Below, one piece after another: positions 41,297-55,190 of a stretch of 64,000 nt of DNA. The notes under the pieces were generated by a model. It had not been told where the DNA came from and searched no databases. It was given only the letters and a program-made list of their open reading frames with translations. Positions within the stretch are counted from its first letter, which is position 1. Each line of letters starts with the position of its first letter. The stretch is from Eledone cirrhosa (Eukaryota), in assembly GCA_964016885.1 (NCBI GenBank), contig OZ024747.1:16678001-16742000 (forward strand), written 5' to 3'. The translations under genes and the position numbers were made by a program.

Positions 41297-41300
<4 letters not shown>
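41001..41300 (+). mobile_element. Fold-back hammerhead element, family B
   Basis: Imperfect palindrome 41001-41230 plus tail 41231-41300, in (TA)n. Confidence 0.85.
41031..41090 (-). ncRNA. Type I hammerhead ribozyme (family B)
   Basis: UUUCAUU-CUGACGA-CUGAAAG...CUUUCAA-GAAAC-CGCUG-GUA-AAUGAAA with 7-bp stem I. The plus-arm twin at 41141-41200 has core mutations (UUGACGA, AAAAC). Confidence 0.8.
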
Positions 41301-41365
<65 letters not shown>

Positions 41366-41449
41366 TTTTGTGTGTGTGTGTGTGGGTGTATGTGTGTGTG
41401 TGGGGGGGGGGTATGTGTGGGGGTGTATGTGTGTGTTTGTGTATATATA

Positions 41450-41690
41450 TTTCCAAGAAGTTTCAACGTGAAGTTACTGTAGGTTCACCCAGGTGAGCAA
41501 TCGAAACTTAGGTTCGCGTCAGTATCGAGGTGTAGAGCTAGACATAGTGTAATATAATAATACAAGGACAAATGGTTAAGCCTTCACTACGTTTATTGGT
41601 TAGTTACGCACGTTTCGCTATTGTTCAGCTCATGGTTCAATCTATATCGATCTGGCCCGACTCCGGAATCCAAAGCTCGTCGGCCCTCTG
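41450..41690 (-). mobile_element. PLE-type pLTR remnant with decayed hammerhead (family of 13320-13605)
   Basis: Minus strand CCGACGA-GCU...AGC-GAAAC-GUGC-GUA. Tail and body align by eye to 13320-13525. Confidence 0.65.
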
Positions 41691-41879
41691 TTGTAGTAAT
41701 GACAGAATGAATATATATGGATGTACGTATCTATTTCATCATACTGGAGCACTTTTAAAGACTAGAGCAGATACATGGTCACTATGAAGTTTATATCCGT
41801 CGTCGCATGAATATCGTTTTGTTAGTTTAACTCATATATGTGTATACCTATACATACATGCAAACACAGACACACACAT

Positions 41880-43061
<1,182 letters not shown>

Positions 43062-43064
<3 letters not shown>

Positions 43065-44600
43065 GGAAACCCACCGCTTGCGAAACCCACCGCCTTAGCA
43101 ACTTCATTGATACCCTTCTCAAGCCTTTTCTCAAACACATCAAAAACTATATAAGGGACGACTAGATATGCTCAATCACCGCCCTAATATGCCGCTTTCT
43201 GAACAAACCCTACTAGTGACGTTCGATGTAGTCAACCTATACTCCAACATCCCCCACAACCTAGGAATAGAAGCTATCCAATTCTGGCTGGATAATTACC
43301 ACAAAGAACTCCCACAACTCATCAAAAAGGAATTCGTGATAGAGGGACTCAAATTTATCTTGGAGAACATTTACTACGTTTTCAATAACAAACCCTACAG
43401 GCAGAAATCTGGGACCGCTGTGGGAACGAAAACAGCCCCCACTTATGCCAACCTAGTCATGGGATACCTGGAAATCCCCCTCTACACTAAAGTCCTAAAC
43501 AAATTTGGAAACATTCTCCACTTACACATAGAAAGGAACTCGAAGCGATATCTAGATGACTGCTTCATCCTTTGGCACGAAAACATCGAGAAACTTAAAG
43601 AATTTCACACCCTTATAAATGGACTCAACACGAATATTAACTTCACGATGGAATACAGCCATCAACAACTCCCCTTCCTCGACATCCTCATTAAGATCCA
43701 TAACAAAAAAATAGAAACAGACATATACTACAAGCCCACAGACTCCAAGCAATATCTTCCTTTCAACTCTTGCCACCCTAGACACGTTAAAATTAATATT
43801 CCCTACAACTTAGCCAAGAGAATCTGTACTATAGTCTCCAATAAAAACACCTGCTACTTACGGCTACAAGAACTAAAGGACACACTCATAGGCAGGGACT
43901 ACCCTGCATCACTAATTGAGAATGGAATCCAACGTGCCCTAAAACTCAGTACCCAGGACCTTAGACACCCTAAAGTAAATCAACCAAAACTAAAAGCTCT
44001 TCCATACATCTCCACACACAACCCCCTGAACAATGAGGCATTTGACACCATCCTCCAGAACATCCCTGTGTTGAAAAAGAATGAACCAAATCCTACGAAC
44101 ACACGATATCATAAAGAGCAAAAGACAATCTAAGTCAATGAAAACATTCCTAACACATACCAAAGTACTGCCAACCACAACAACGAAATCCACACTAAGA
44201 AAATGCGATAGACCCAACTGTGGCATTTGCATCAACCTAATAGAGGGTTCGGAATTCTATTTCAAAGAAGGACAACGTTTTATAGTAAAACACAATTTCA
44301 CATGCGCATCAGAAAATCTAATATATGTATTAACCAGCTGAGATTGTCGAGAACAATACATAGGCCAGACCAAAACAGCCTCCGCCAACGCATGACTATC
44401 CATAGATCCCAAATTAAAATACGGGAATACAGGAAAATACCACTGAGTGAACACATTGATACCTGTGCCGCCCAAAATCATCCCAATTCAGAATCTTTCC
44501 CCTCTACAAATTTAAAGATAATGCCACCCACACCCAGCACATCAGCAAGGAATCTTACTTTATTAACAAATACGGACCCCGTCTAAACACTTCTCCCTAA
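43062..44600 (+). pseudogene. PLE RT + GIY-YIG pseudogene (several frameshifts and stops)
   Basis: LVTFDVVNLYSNIP, QKSGTAVGTKTAPTYANL, RYLDDCF, PFLDI, YYKPTDS, KCDRPNCGIC, NLIYVLT..YIG. Confidence 0.93.
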
Positions 44601-44805
44601 GACGAACCCACAACATACACACGTCAACATACATACCTACATCAGCATACATCTCTACCCACATATAAACACAATGACATACGTAAACTCACATGTTCTA
44701 TGGCGCAACACAAATATACACAAATGTGCATACCTTTTGATGTCTATAGATATAAACGTGCCGACACACACACATACATAAACGCACACATGCATTGCAC
44801 ACTGA

Positions 44806-45018
44806 TGGGCACATACATATTTGTGCACAGGTATTCCAATACGGCAAGGCCTAAGGAATTCCCCTTGCAGTACGTACAATCTGGACACACTCCAGATACA
44901 TATTTGTGCACACGTATACAATTTCTGGACACACTCCAGATACATATTTGTGCACAGGTATTCCAATACGGCAAGGCCTAATGGATCCCCCTTGCAGTAC
45001 GTACAATCTGGACACACT
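44806..45018. repeat. Composite tandem repeat (about 84 + 42 + 84 bp units)
   Basis: ATACATATTTGTGCACA occurs 3 times, GGTATTCCAATACGGCAAGGCCTAA...CCCCTTGCAGTACGTACAA twice, TCTGGACACACTC 3 times. Confidence 0.9.
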
Positions 45019-45573
45019 CACACACACCTTGGTATTATGCCAATACTATATATCATTTCACACCTTTTATTATTAAGGTTTTAGATGTTCTATTGAGAGA
45101 ATCGATTTTACTGAAAATATCGAATAATGTACACCAGTTTACCAAAAATAAATACTGGTCCACCCACACACACACACATACACATTATCTCACACACACA
45201 CACATACACACACACACATCCACACGCGTACATTAACATACAAAGAGACATATACACACACACACATACACACTTCTCCGTATAAGACAAGAGCTGAAAA
45301 ATATCTTTTAACATGTTAAAATATCCCCCACACACTTACAGACACTTTCCTACTGACCATCCCTCTACTACGAATTACTCTGCTACACACACACACACAC
45401 ACACGCACACACACTCTATCTCAAAATTATTTTTGAAAAGCATTAGAAATGCGCAACCGGTAAAACTTAAAACCAAAACTGAATACTAACCAATACTATT
45501 ACTAATTCTCACTTATTCCTAATTAAACTATTATTCACTGTGAACAATTTGTCAGCATGTTCTATTCCGTTTA

Positions 45574-45670
<97 letters not shown>

Positions 45671-46490
45671 ATATATAGCTTTATACACAAATGGTTTCAC
45701 CATGCGTTTTAAACAATTTAACCTCCTAGTGTATGTTTTCCGGAATAGACTACGTTAAAACTACCGAGTGGCAGCGAAATATTTGCTATTTAATTGAAGA
45801 TAAAATGTAACTTTGACGTCGCTGGAATGACATCTCTATCCTACGAGAAGTTATGTTTCGTTTAATGACTTGTCCGAAGCTTCGTTTACCGTTGTTATAG
45901 CGTAAACGGTGTGAACAACATAAGTATTTTAATATGTACTTTCGGATTTTACCGATAAATTTAACCGATTACAGTTGCGTAAATGTGAAAAAAAAAAGTA
46001 TTTTATTATGTACTCTAACATTTTTAGCGTAGTTGACTTTAACGATTAGTTTGTCCAGTTACACACTTATTGGCCAATACCACGAAATTATAAAATACTA
46101 TTTTTGTTGACACTAATTATAATATAAACATATATGCATCCAACTCAGTAGAATGCCTGGGGATATTTACAGTGAAATTACGACAAAAAGTCGCTTCAGT
46201 TGTTTCCTTTCTCATTGCGTCGTTCCACGCATACACACACACACATACATATGTATACATATACATATATATATATGGGTGTGTGTGTGTGTCTGTATGT
46301 TTCCGTGTGTATGTGCATATACAATTATAGATATTGATGAATAAACCATTGAGTGATATGTTAATTCTAAAAATTATACAATACAATAATGCTGACTTGC
46401 TACCGGTAATTTACAATGAACGATCAGAACAATTTAAGTATGCCATACAAATGAGAACGAATGTTTTGCACATACTACAGATGTGCGGAC

Positions 46491-47066
46491 ATTATTTTAC
46501 TTGTAAAAGAAGTAGAGAGTCGGACGCCATACTTTGAAGCATAGAGTTACCTCCCTGTATGATCTGAGTTCAAATCCCGCCGAAGTTAACTTTGCCTTTC
46601 ATCCTTGCGGGTTCGATAAAATAAAGTACCAGTAATGTACTGGATAATTGCTGGCCTTGTGCCAAAAGTAGAAACAATTATTTTACTTGTAAAAGAGGTA
46701 GAGAGTCGTACGCCATGCTTTGAAGCATAGCGTTACCTCCCTGTATGATCTGAGTTCAAATCACGCCGAAGTTAACTTTGCCGTTCATCATTACGGGGTC
46801 GATAAAATAAAGTACCAATAATGTACTGGTTAATTGCTGGCCTTGTGCCAAAAGTAGAAACAATTATTTTACTTGTAAAAGAGGTAGAGAGTCGGACGCC
46901 ATGCTTTGAAGTATAGAGTTACCTCCCTGTATGATCTGAGTTCAAATGCCGCTGAGGTTAACTTTGCCTTTCATCCTTACGGGGTCGATAAAATAAAGTA
47001 CCAGTAATGCACTGATTATTTGCTGGCCTTGTGCCAAAAGAAGAAACAATTATTTTACTTGTAAAA
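46491..47066 (+). mobile_element. Tandem trimer of a 5'-truncated SINE (period about 186 bp)
   Basis: Three SINE bodies separated and bounded by four copies of ATTATTTTACTTGTAAAA. Confidence 0.92.
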
Positions 47067-47312
47067 CAATTGCAAGATCTATTGAGTCTACAATATTCTG
47101 AAGAATACATGACGACATGTCATCGTAATTTTTGATGAAAATAATAAAAGAATAGCTATAGAAATTGACAATATAATTTTATGAAAATAGTACTATTAAT
47201 GTGATGTGGTAAATAGATACATACCTATATATCAGGTTCGAAAACAGTGTAACGAAACTCGAACTATCTCTGCCTCCGTCTCTCCCGCTCGTTCCATCTC
47301 TCAATATTATAG

Positions 47313-47561
47313 CCAAATTCAGGCCCACGCGCTGGGCACCCCCAGACCCGAGTGGGCTGAATAGAGCAGGCGTTTACCCGGAGGATGGTGAGGAAGGATG
47401 CGCTGGAAGAGCCATTCCAGCTCCCAAGGCTCACAGCTGGGAGTTAGCCAAATCTGTGATGATGGTGGTTAGTAGAAAGATGGCCCTAGGGCCAAGGACA
47501 CCAGAAGTCTCCACTGTTATAGGTCCGACTACAACCGTGTCGGAGAGCGACCTATATTTGG
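47313..47561. other. GC-rich multi-hairpin island of unknown origin
   Basis: Five stem-loops readable by eye. Ends CCAAAT / ATTTGG are complementary. Confidence 0.5.
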
Positions 47562-50500
47562 AGAAATTATTTTTGAAATGTTAAGTACCTCGTATAACCT
47601 TTGTGCACATATCTAATTTTGCAGGCCAGACTATAATAAATTATGGCACCGATTCGAAAGTTAGATTCAGTCGGTGTAACATAATTTCCCTTAATCTACC
47701 CGTTTCCATATGAGTGGTTTCAGTTATTTACATTGAGCTGGTCGTACTATATCATAGTGGCCATGAACATACAGCAATTTGATTCTATGTCCAGACACAA
47801 TATCCACTCTTTTACAACTGTCTGAAAAGGATTGTGTGGATGACAACTACTTGATAAAATATGTACATAATCCAATTTGGAAATCAATCGGTTGTATAAT
47901 ATTGCCGAATGGATAACAATGTTTCCCTCCAAACCAAATGCAATTTATACAAGTTTCGATTAAATGAAATGTGTGTTAGTCTGAAACAACCAATCTAGAA
48001 AACAACATATCATAAAGAGTACGAATGAAAAAATAGTGGCAGGAATGAAAGCTTATATATGAAAATAATCGTGGATACTATAAATATTTTATCAATGAAA
48101 ATATGAGGGTTTTCAGTACGAATTATGGATGCCTTGTTTACCTAACTCTTCAATGTTATATCTACATATATCGTGTTAAATATATGCTACTTTTCTGTTT
48201 CAGTTTGTATTTTACTCGATAGGAATAAAATTCTGTTTCATTTCATAAAATATAATATACTAGTACTCGATAGACTATTTTCCTGTAACTGGTATGTATT
48301 TACATTACGTGATAGAATTTGGAAGCAATAACTGTTTTTAACCTTAGTATATCATTGATAATGGACATTTCATAACAGAAGCATTCCATTATTTTTCACT
48401 GTTGATTTAGTTTGCAAATAACTACTTGCAATCACTTCTCTGTTACGGCTTTAATCAAGTTCTGAGTGAAATGAAAGGAAAATCTATAGGAAACCTAAAA
48501 TAGTCTAATGTAAGTTTCCCTGTGCAAAACCCATCCTCTAGAGATGGCGTAGGTGTTGCAGAGGAAAAAAGAAATTAAATGAAAGAAAATACGTGTTTCT
48601 GAAAATAAAATATAATGATATCTGAGATCGAAATAACAGGTTAGGAGTGAGGCATTGGCTTGGCTATCAGACATCTGACATTTAGGTCGATAGTTCGTAT
48701 CTAGTTATTGTGTCTGTGCTACGTCCATACACACGACACTCATTATATCAGTTACATAATATATTCAACAGAAACCATATACTACCAACAAGAAACAAAC
48801 TCTTAATAATAGTTGGGGATACGGACGGACAAACTACTAAGTATAGAAGAGTAGCTAGGTATAGACACTCATCAGATTCTATCCACAAATAGTTACATTC
48901 GATTTAGGGGAATATCAGATGCTGTGAAAGTACCAATCTTTTAACAAATCAAACCCAGATAAATATCCAATTAAAACTGGGCAAGTACAGTATATATCGT
49001 TAGAAAGAGAGTGGCTTTGGAAATTAAGGGCGTTGAACAGGGAGTACACGAATATCTGAGAAGTGTTATTGTTTAGCACCTTAATGACTGAAGGATTTGT
49101 AATTTCACTAGTAAGGAAGTAGTTGCAAAATTCAAAACAAAGAATATATAGATATACGAAACATTTCTGTTAATCTACCCCAATAAAAAGGAAGTCATTT
49201 GGATAACTAAGATCTTTAAACAAAGATAGAAATATTGATTCCGTTACTTGGCACCGGAGAATTTGTTGGAAGATTAGAGGAACTAGTTACAGAAGTGTTA
49301 GTGTTCTTATGTAGAGATATTAGTGAAAAACATAAAAACAACATCATACAGAAGTAGTCAAATGATTTATCCTAATAGGAGGAAAACCATTGCAGAAAAA
49401 TCAAGGAATGTTGCAGATCCAGAATAACCCATACCTACCAAGGCAATTATACTTAATGTGGTGTATATACAAGTGAACTGCAGTATGATGAATGTAGATC
49501 TAATCAGCTGTACCATACAAATGCATCCTAGCCACGTTTCAGAAAATGTGCTGAAGTGTGCCATTACTATTATCATCATCAATAACGTCATCATCCCAAC
49601 TACCTTCAGGATCGCCAACATCAACATTATAGCATCTGCAGAAGCAGCAACATAGAGATACCTATACTCAAATATATGCATATCAATATTGAAACCAAAC
49701 ATGAATTATGAAAGGTAGGTATGCATTTGTCTATTACAGAGAGGGATACATTTTATTTGTTACTTGATTCCGGAATTGGGAGAGATATAGAGAAGAAGTG
49801 ACGGAGAGGGGGAGAGGGGCATAAGAAAATGCACATAGAGGGATCTAAAAGGATAAAACAGAATACTATATCCATCACAATTTCAAATCTGGATAAGTAA
49901 ATGTATCGTGCATAATATTTAGACGGATATAGAATGTTTACTCTCAGCTTTTCCACATTCACTCATGTTAATTTCAACCACTCCTTAATGCAGTAATGTT
50001 TCCATAACAAATTGGTTACTGGGTTACTTATTCAATCGACGTAAAATGTTGGAATAAGATTTGGAATGACATAATTGATTCAGATCCATATGAGAGTTTA
50101 CCGTTCTAGGGAGAACTTAGCTATATATATATTGTGCCTGGAAAATGCTTGAAAGAACTATATACTTTTCATTAGGAATATGGTTCCAAGTGGAAATGAC
50201 CGCTCTATTGGAATCAAGGAGCAATTACTATATAGATTGCTAATTGCAACGCGGTGAAGAATAATGCTCTATGTCGTGGCTCAAAACTAGGAATAAGGTA
50301 ACCCATTAGTGAAAGACATAATTTGGTATGTCTAATAGATCTAACAATGTGCTAACGTTGATTCCCTTCGCGGAAATTCTTGTTGCTGCTTTGTTGTAGC
50401 TTCAAAATCTCAAAATTAGAACTATCACTAAAATTGTTTCATCTATAATCGTCCTAGTTATTAATAAACTATATAGTGAAATTCGCAGGAAAATTGACAG

Positions 50501-51659
50501 GCAGGTTTAGTTATGTTAGTTTTATTGCGGTATGATTTGTCTCATTGGTTCACATAATACAATTATAGAAAGTATGCTCAATTGATTCATTGAATACATG
50601 TATTTGTCTAGTATTTACATCAATGACATACAAAATGCACGACAAACAAACTTAAGTAAATAGCGTACATTATTGGCTCCCAGTAGTTGTCCATATTTTC
50701 CTTGATATGTAATATCAAGTAAATATATTTCATTCATGAATGCATTTGGCACTACTTGCACAAAGACAAACATACATTAAAACAATCGTAGACGTATACT
50801 GTTAACACAATTATGGGAACCTACAAATGTGTTGGACCAGATAATGGATTATTGGAACAACATTAATGAAGACAAATATATCTGGCTGAGCCTATTTACA
50901 TCATATCACATAACACCGATTTGAAATGGTTTTGCAGGAAGTGTACTATTAGACGTGGACTATAAACTAGTTTATTGACATACCCTCATTAATCGATAGT
51001 AGTATAATCATATATATATGGATTAAAGTGGGTCTTTATTGAGGATAATCACAGGATATAATGAAGTAAGAATAAAGAACGGCTCTAACTCTACATTCTC
51101 CTCGGCATATTATACATGTTCTGCCTGTATAGCTGATAAAAATCGCAACAACGTGGATTAGGGTCTACTGTGTTACCATATGCAACATAGACAATTGAAT
51201 TCACTACTCACAAGTGTAATTTAACATAGCCCTGTGAGTGATCTGAGGAGATGGTAATTGCTTCGTAGCCCGTCCACTGGGGTGTATCATTAATTCAAAT
51301 GAAGCCCGTTATCACTCACTCCATCAAGCTTATATTTATTGTGCACATGTATGTGGAATGCTCAACAGCGTACAAGTTAAGTTCATGAACAGGCGATTCA
51401 GTTGATCAAATAACTGGAACATTCATTGTCGAAAACGAAAGAGGTCTCCTTCACACGCTAATTATATTGTACATGTAAAGAATATTCCGCATATTGAGGG
51501 TCAATAACTCGAAGAGCAAGAAATAATCCAGTAAAGATAGTATAAACATCGGTGCGATAGTATGAAAGTTTCAACGAGAATTGTTCCACTTCTTCAAACA
51601 ACGGAAACTGTAAGCTTATTAAATTATAGATAAAGTGGCTGAGCATTCCAAATATACGC

Positions 51660-51875
51660 GCACCATTTAACATGGATCTTGTGGGGATTCAGTGTGACAA
51701 AGGGTAGAGGAGGTTGGGCCTCTGAATTAAATTAATACTCATTCATGTCAGCCGATTGGTCTGTAGAAAAGTGAATTAAAATGTCTTGCACAGGGATGCA
51801 ACGCGCCTCCAGTAATCGAATTCTCGACTTAACTATCGTTAACTGAACACACTAACCACTAAGCCACACACCTTC
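51660..51875 (-). mobile_element. tRNA-derived CORE-type SINE 5' part
   Basis: Minus strand GGTGTGTGGCTTAGTGGTTAG (A box), ATTCGATTAC (B-box-like), CCCTGTGCAAGACATTTTAATT (CORE-like). Confidence 0.65.
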
Positions 51876-52166
51876 TTGATAACTTAGTATAGAATGACGT
51901 GAAGCATGAGTATGGCAGCGTAAGAATATATATACGCTTAGTTGTGTTAAGCGTAGATGTAGTAGCTGTTCCATGCAACTCGTATCGAATATGCACAAAC
52001 ATAAATTTAGAATTTCATTGCAAATATGCTTTAGATATATTTAGCTAGTGCCGAGTCGACAATGGCATTTAAAAACATACGAAACGTATCTAAGAATTTA
52101 ATATTCTCACATGTTGTTTTCAGTAGTTTACTGTTTACTTTTTGTCAACATATAAATGTGTGCACG

Positions 52167-52229
<63 letters not shown>

Positions 52230-53428
52230 AAAGAGAGAGATAGGGGTGGGGGAGACAGAAAGAGTGAGAAATGGAGAGACAGAGATACAAAGAGAGTCAT
52301 AGACTGAAATGGTTGATAGATAGATATCTATATGAATGTATAATATAAATATGAGTGTGTGTATTTAATATATCAACTCTCACTCGTATATATATATATA
52401 TATATATATACAAGTGAGAGCTGATATATATGAATTACATTTATTAGTATTAATATGATCTTTATTTAAATTTCTATAGGCTAGCGATGGTATTTGCATG
52501 TCTTTTAAATGCTTGACAAAATTCTTTTTCACCTATATTTTTACGAAGATATAATCAACAGAAAATATCTATCATATAAATATATGTAAAACAGAAAACA
52601 GAATATGTAATCTCTACTCGCCACGTCTTTCACCCTCTCTCTCCCTCATTCTCTCCCTCTATTGCTTATTGTCATACTTCTAGTAGAAATACATATACAT
52701 TCAGTGGGGAGGAGAAATATATGCGAATAACAAATATTCGAGTTTAAAATATCATGACCTACCTTGATGTTAAAGCACGTCAGTGGTTTGCAAGTTGCCA
52801 CAAATAACGTCCCCATCACCGGTAAATTAAACAAAAGGATGGATTTGAGTCGCAAATGGTCCCGTGGTTGCTAAATTGCACGTTGTGTATCGCAACCAAC
52901 AGAGAAATAGTACAAGAAGCTGTTAACTGCATGGGGGAAAATGAAATGTGTTTCAAAGGACAAATGGCAGAAGCCTGTAGAAAAACTTGGCAATAGAAAA
53001 GATAATAGAAATCGATGTTTTGATATATGAGATGATTGTTGAAGAATTAATGGTGGCTAGTAAGTGTAGATATGTATTCATAACAATATAGCATGGTCTA
53101 GTCTGGTATGGGAGATAAATTTAGTTCGGTGTAAACTGAAGGCGAGGAATGAACAAAAGTATATTACATGTAAAAGAGAAGAAAGAAAAAGAAACCAATT
53201 ATGAAGAAGAGAAAATAGATAAATGAGAGCAGCAAAACGATAAAGATATACACATGAAATATAAAGAGGATGCAGCAGGTGAACGAGTAATAAAATAAAA
53301 GTAAGGATGACAATACAGAAGTGGCTGTTGAGGTAAACAGCTCAAGCAATACAAACACATAAACACAGACATACACAAACAGACACAGACACATACAGAC
53401 ACACAGACACACAGACACACACATACAG

Positions 53429-53476
<48 letters not shown>

Positions 53477-53949
53477 GGGGGGGGGGGGGTATATATATAT
53501 ATATATAATAATATAGAAACTATGTCTGCAAACTAGAAAGTAGTTCCGAGAAATGTTGGGTATAGGTAATGGAGAAGACTAAAAATAACAGGTAGCATAA
53601 CAAGCCTGATATACATCTGTAGCATATAACGAAGGGAGAGTAAGAAACATGTTCCCCTAACTTGTAAAGAATGCAGGCTGGTGTATACTTCTGAAAGTTT
53701 ACTGCACCATTTGATACATTTTACTCGGAATTATAGTTTTGTCGGTTGACGCAGCACGGTGTGTTGTATATTGATATATTGAAATAACTGTTTGCATCTA
53801 TCAACGATTATAGTGAGATGTGTGCCTGTCTCATGAAGAAAGTCTCTTTGCAAATTTATGGTCCAAGGTTCGATACTAATGACTCGTAGATTTAGTATAT
53901 ATTTTATTTTAAATCCTCGAGTAAATCATTTAACGATTGGTTTGTGTAA

Positions 53950-55190
53950 TCAAAGCGTGTAGGAGCGGCGTTCAGCTTTGTTTCGAGACATGAGTATCAT
54001 ATTGAGGCCGGTGAATTTGTGCAGCTCTTTACTCAAGATTTTGCTCCCAATAAACCTAAAAGCTCTTTGAAGACCAAGAAAATCAATGTCGATCGCTCGT
54101 CTTGCACACGGGAAACTTTCAGAAAAAGCAAAACTGGACACCATTGTAGTTCCCAACGTCGAACCAGACACGTCTTGGCCTGACCCGAAGAGGACGTTAC
54201 AGAACACAACAGCATAAGTGATGGGTTGCTTTATAATCAAGGTCAAAGACTGGTTCGACGAGAATGATGATGAGATCCAAAAGCTCATTGATGTCAAACA
54301 CTCTGCATATTAAAAATAAACTGGCACTCACGTTGACATACAGAAAAACCTGCAGCACCGTACAGAGTAAGCTCAGGGAGACTCAGAAAACTGGTGGACA
54401 GAATACACCGAGAGAATACAGCCCTATTGGGATACTGAAACAACTAAGACTTCTATGGGGCACTCAGGGAAATCTAATGGACCATTCCCCAAACAGAAGT
54501 ACCTATTCGTTCAGCACTGCTCACAGGGGCCATTATGAATTATTGAACTGAACATTATGGAAACCTGTTAGGAGACAAACGATCGGTAGCAGACGCTTCC
54601 ATCAACAACATCTCACAGCAAAACTCAAAAGAGAGCAGAGTGTATCACCTACCCTACAGAGAAAAATAATGCAAGCACCCATTTGAAAACACACAGAAAT
54701 CCTGGTGTTGACGGAACCTCCACTTTGTTGTACAAGTATGGCAGTGACTCACCCTTTGAGAAGCTTACGGACCTGTTTGTACAGTGCTGGTTAAAAGGAG
54801 AGATACGAAAAGACGTACGGGATGTCGTGACAGTGTTCTTGTATATGAACAAAGACCAACATTCAGACTACTGAAACTACCATTGCATCACGTTACTCTC
54901 AATCGCCGGCAAACTTCTAGCTCGTGTCCTGCACAATAGACTCACGCTACTATACAGAAAATGTCTTCCCAGAAAGTCAATGATGAGTCCGTTCCAACCG
55001 CGGCACCACAGACATGAATTCTATGTTCCTATATATCCACTAAAGATGCATAAAACTAAATATGGCCCTGTAGGCTGCCTTCATTGACCTAACGAATGTC
55101 TTTTTACCAGCAGTAGGAATGGGCAGTAACATCACCAGCAGACCTGGATCCCGGCCAATATTATTCTTTTGGATCTGTCAATATGACAAT
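53950..55190 (+). mobile_element. Decayed RTE/BovB-like LINE internal fragment
   Basis: Frame pieces KDWFDENDDEIQKL, PGVDG, NYHCITLLSIAGKLLARVLHNRL, LPESQ, NRGTTDM, AAFIDLT, with many stops and frameshifts. Confidence 0.88.

Larger units (their letters stand above)
43061..45578 (+). mobile_element. 5'-truncated, decayed Neptune-like PLE with 3' UTR
   Basis: RT and GIY-YIG remnants 43061-44600 and a C/A-rich 3' UTR. Bounded by (TA)n. Endonuclease closely related to 20186-20812. Confidence 0.9.

Noticed and set aside
44806-47066. CRISPR-like reading of the regular repeats at 44806-45018 and 46491-47066
   Set aside because: The intervening sequences are copies of each other rather than unique spacers. 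Eukaryotic context with no cas genes.
50730-51200. Possible coding remnant (…DYWNNINEDKYIWLSL…)
   Set aside because: Interrupted by stops, no secure family motif, no splice support.
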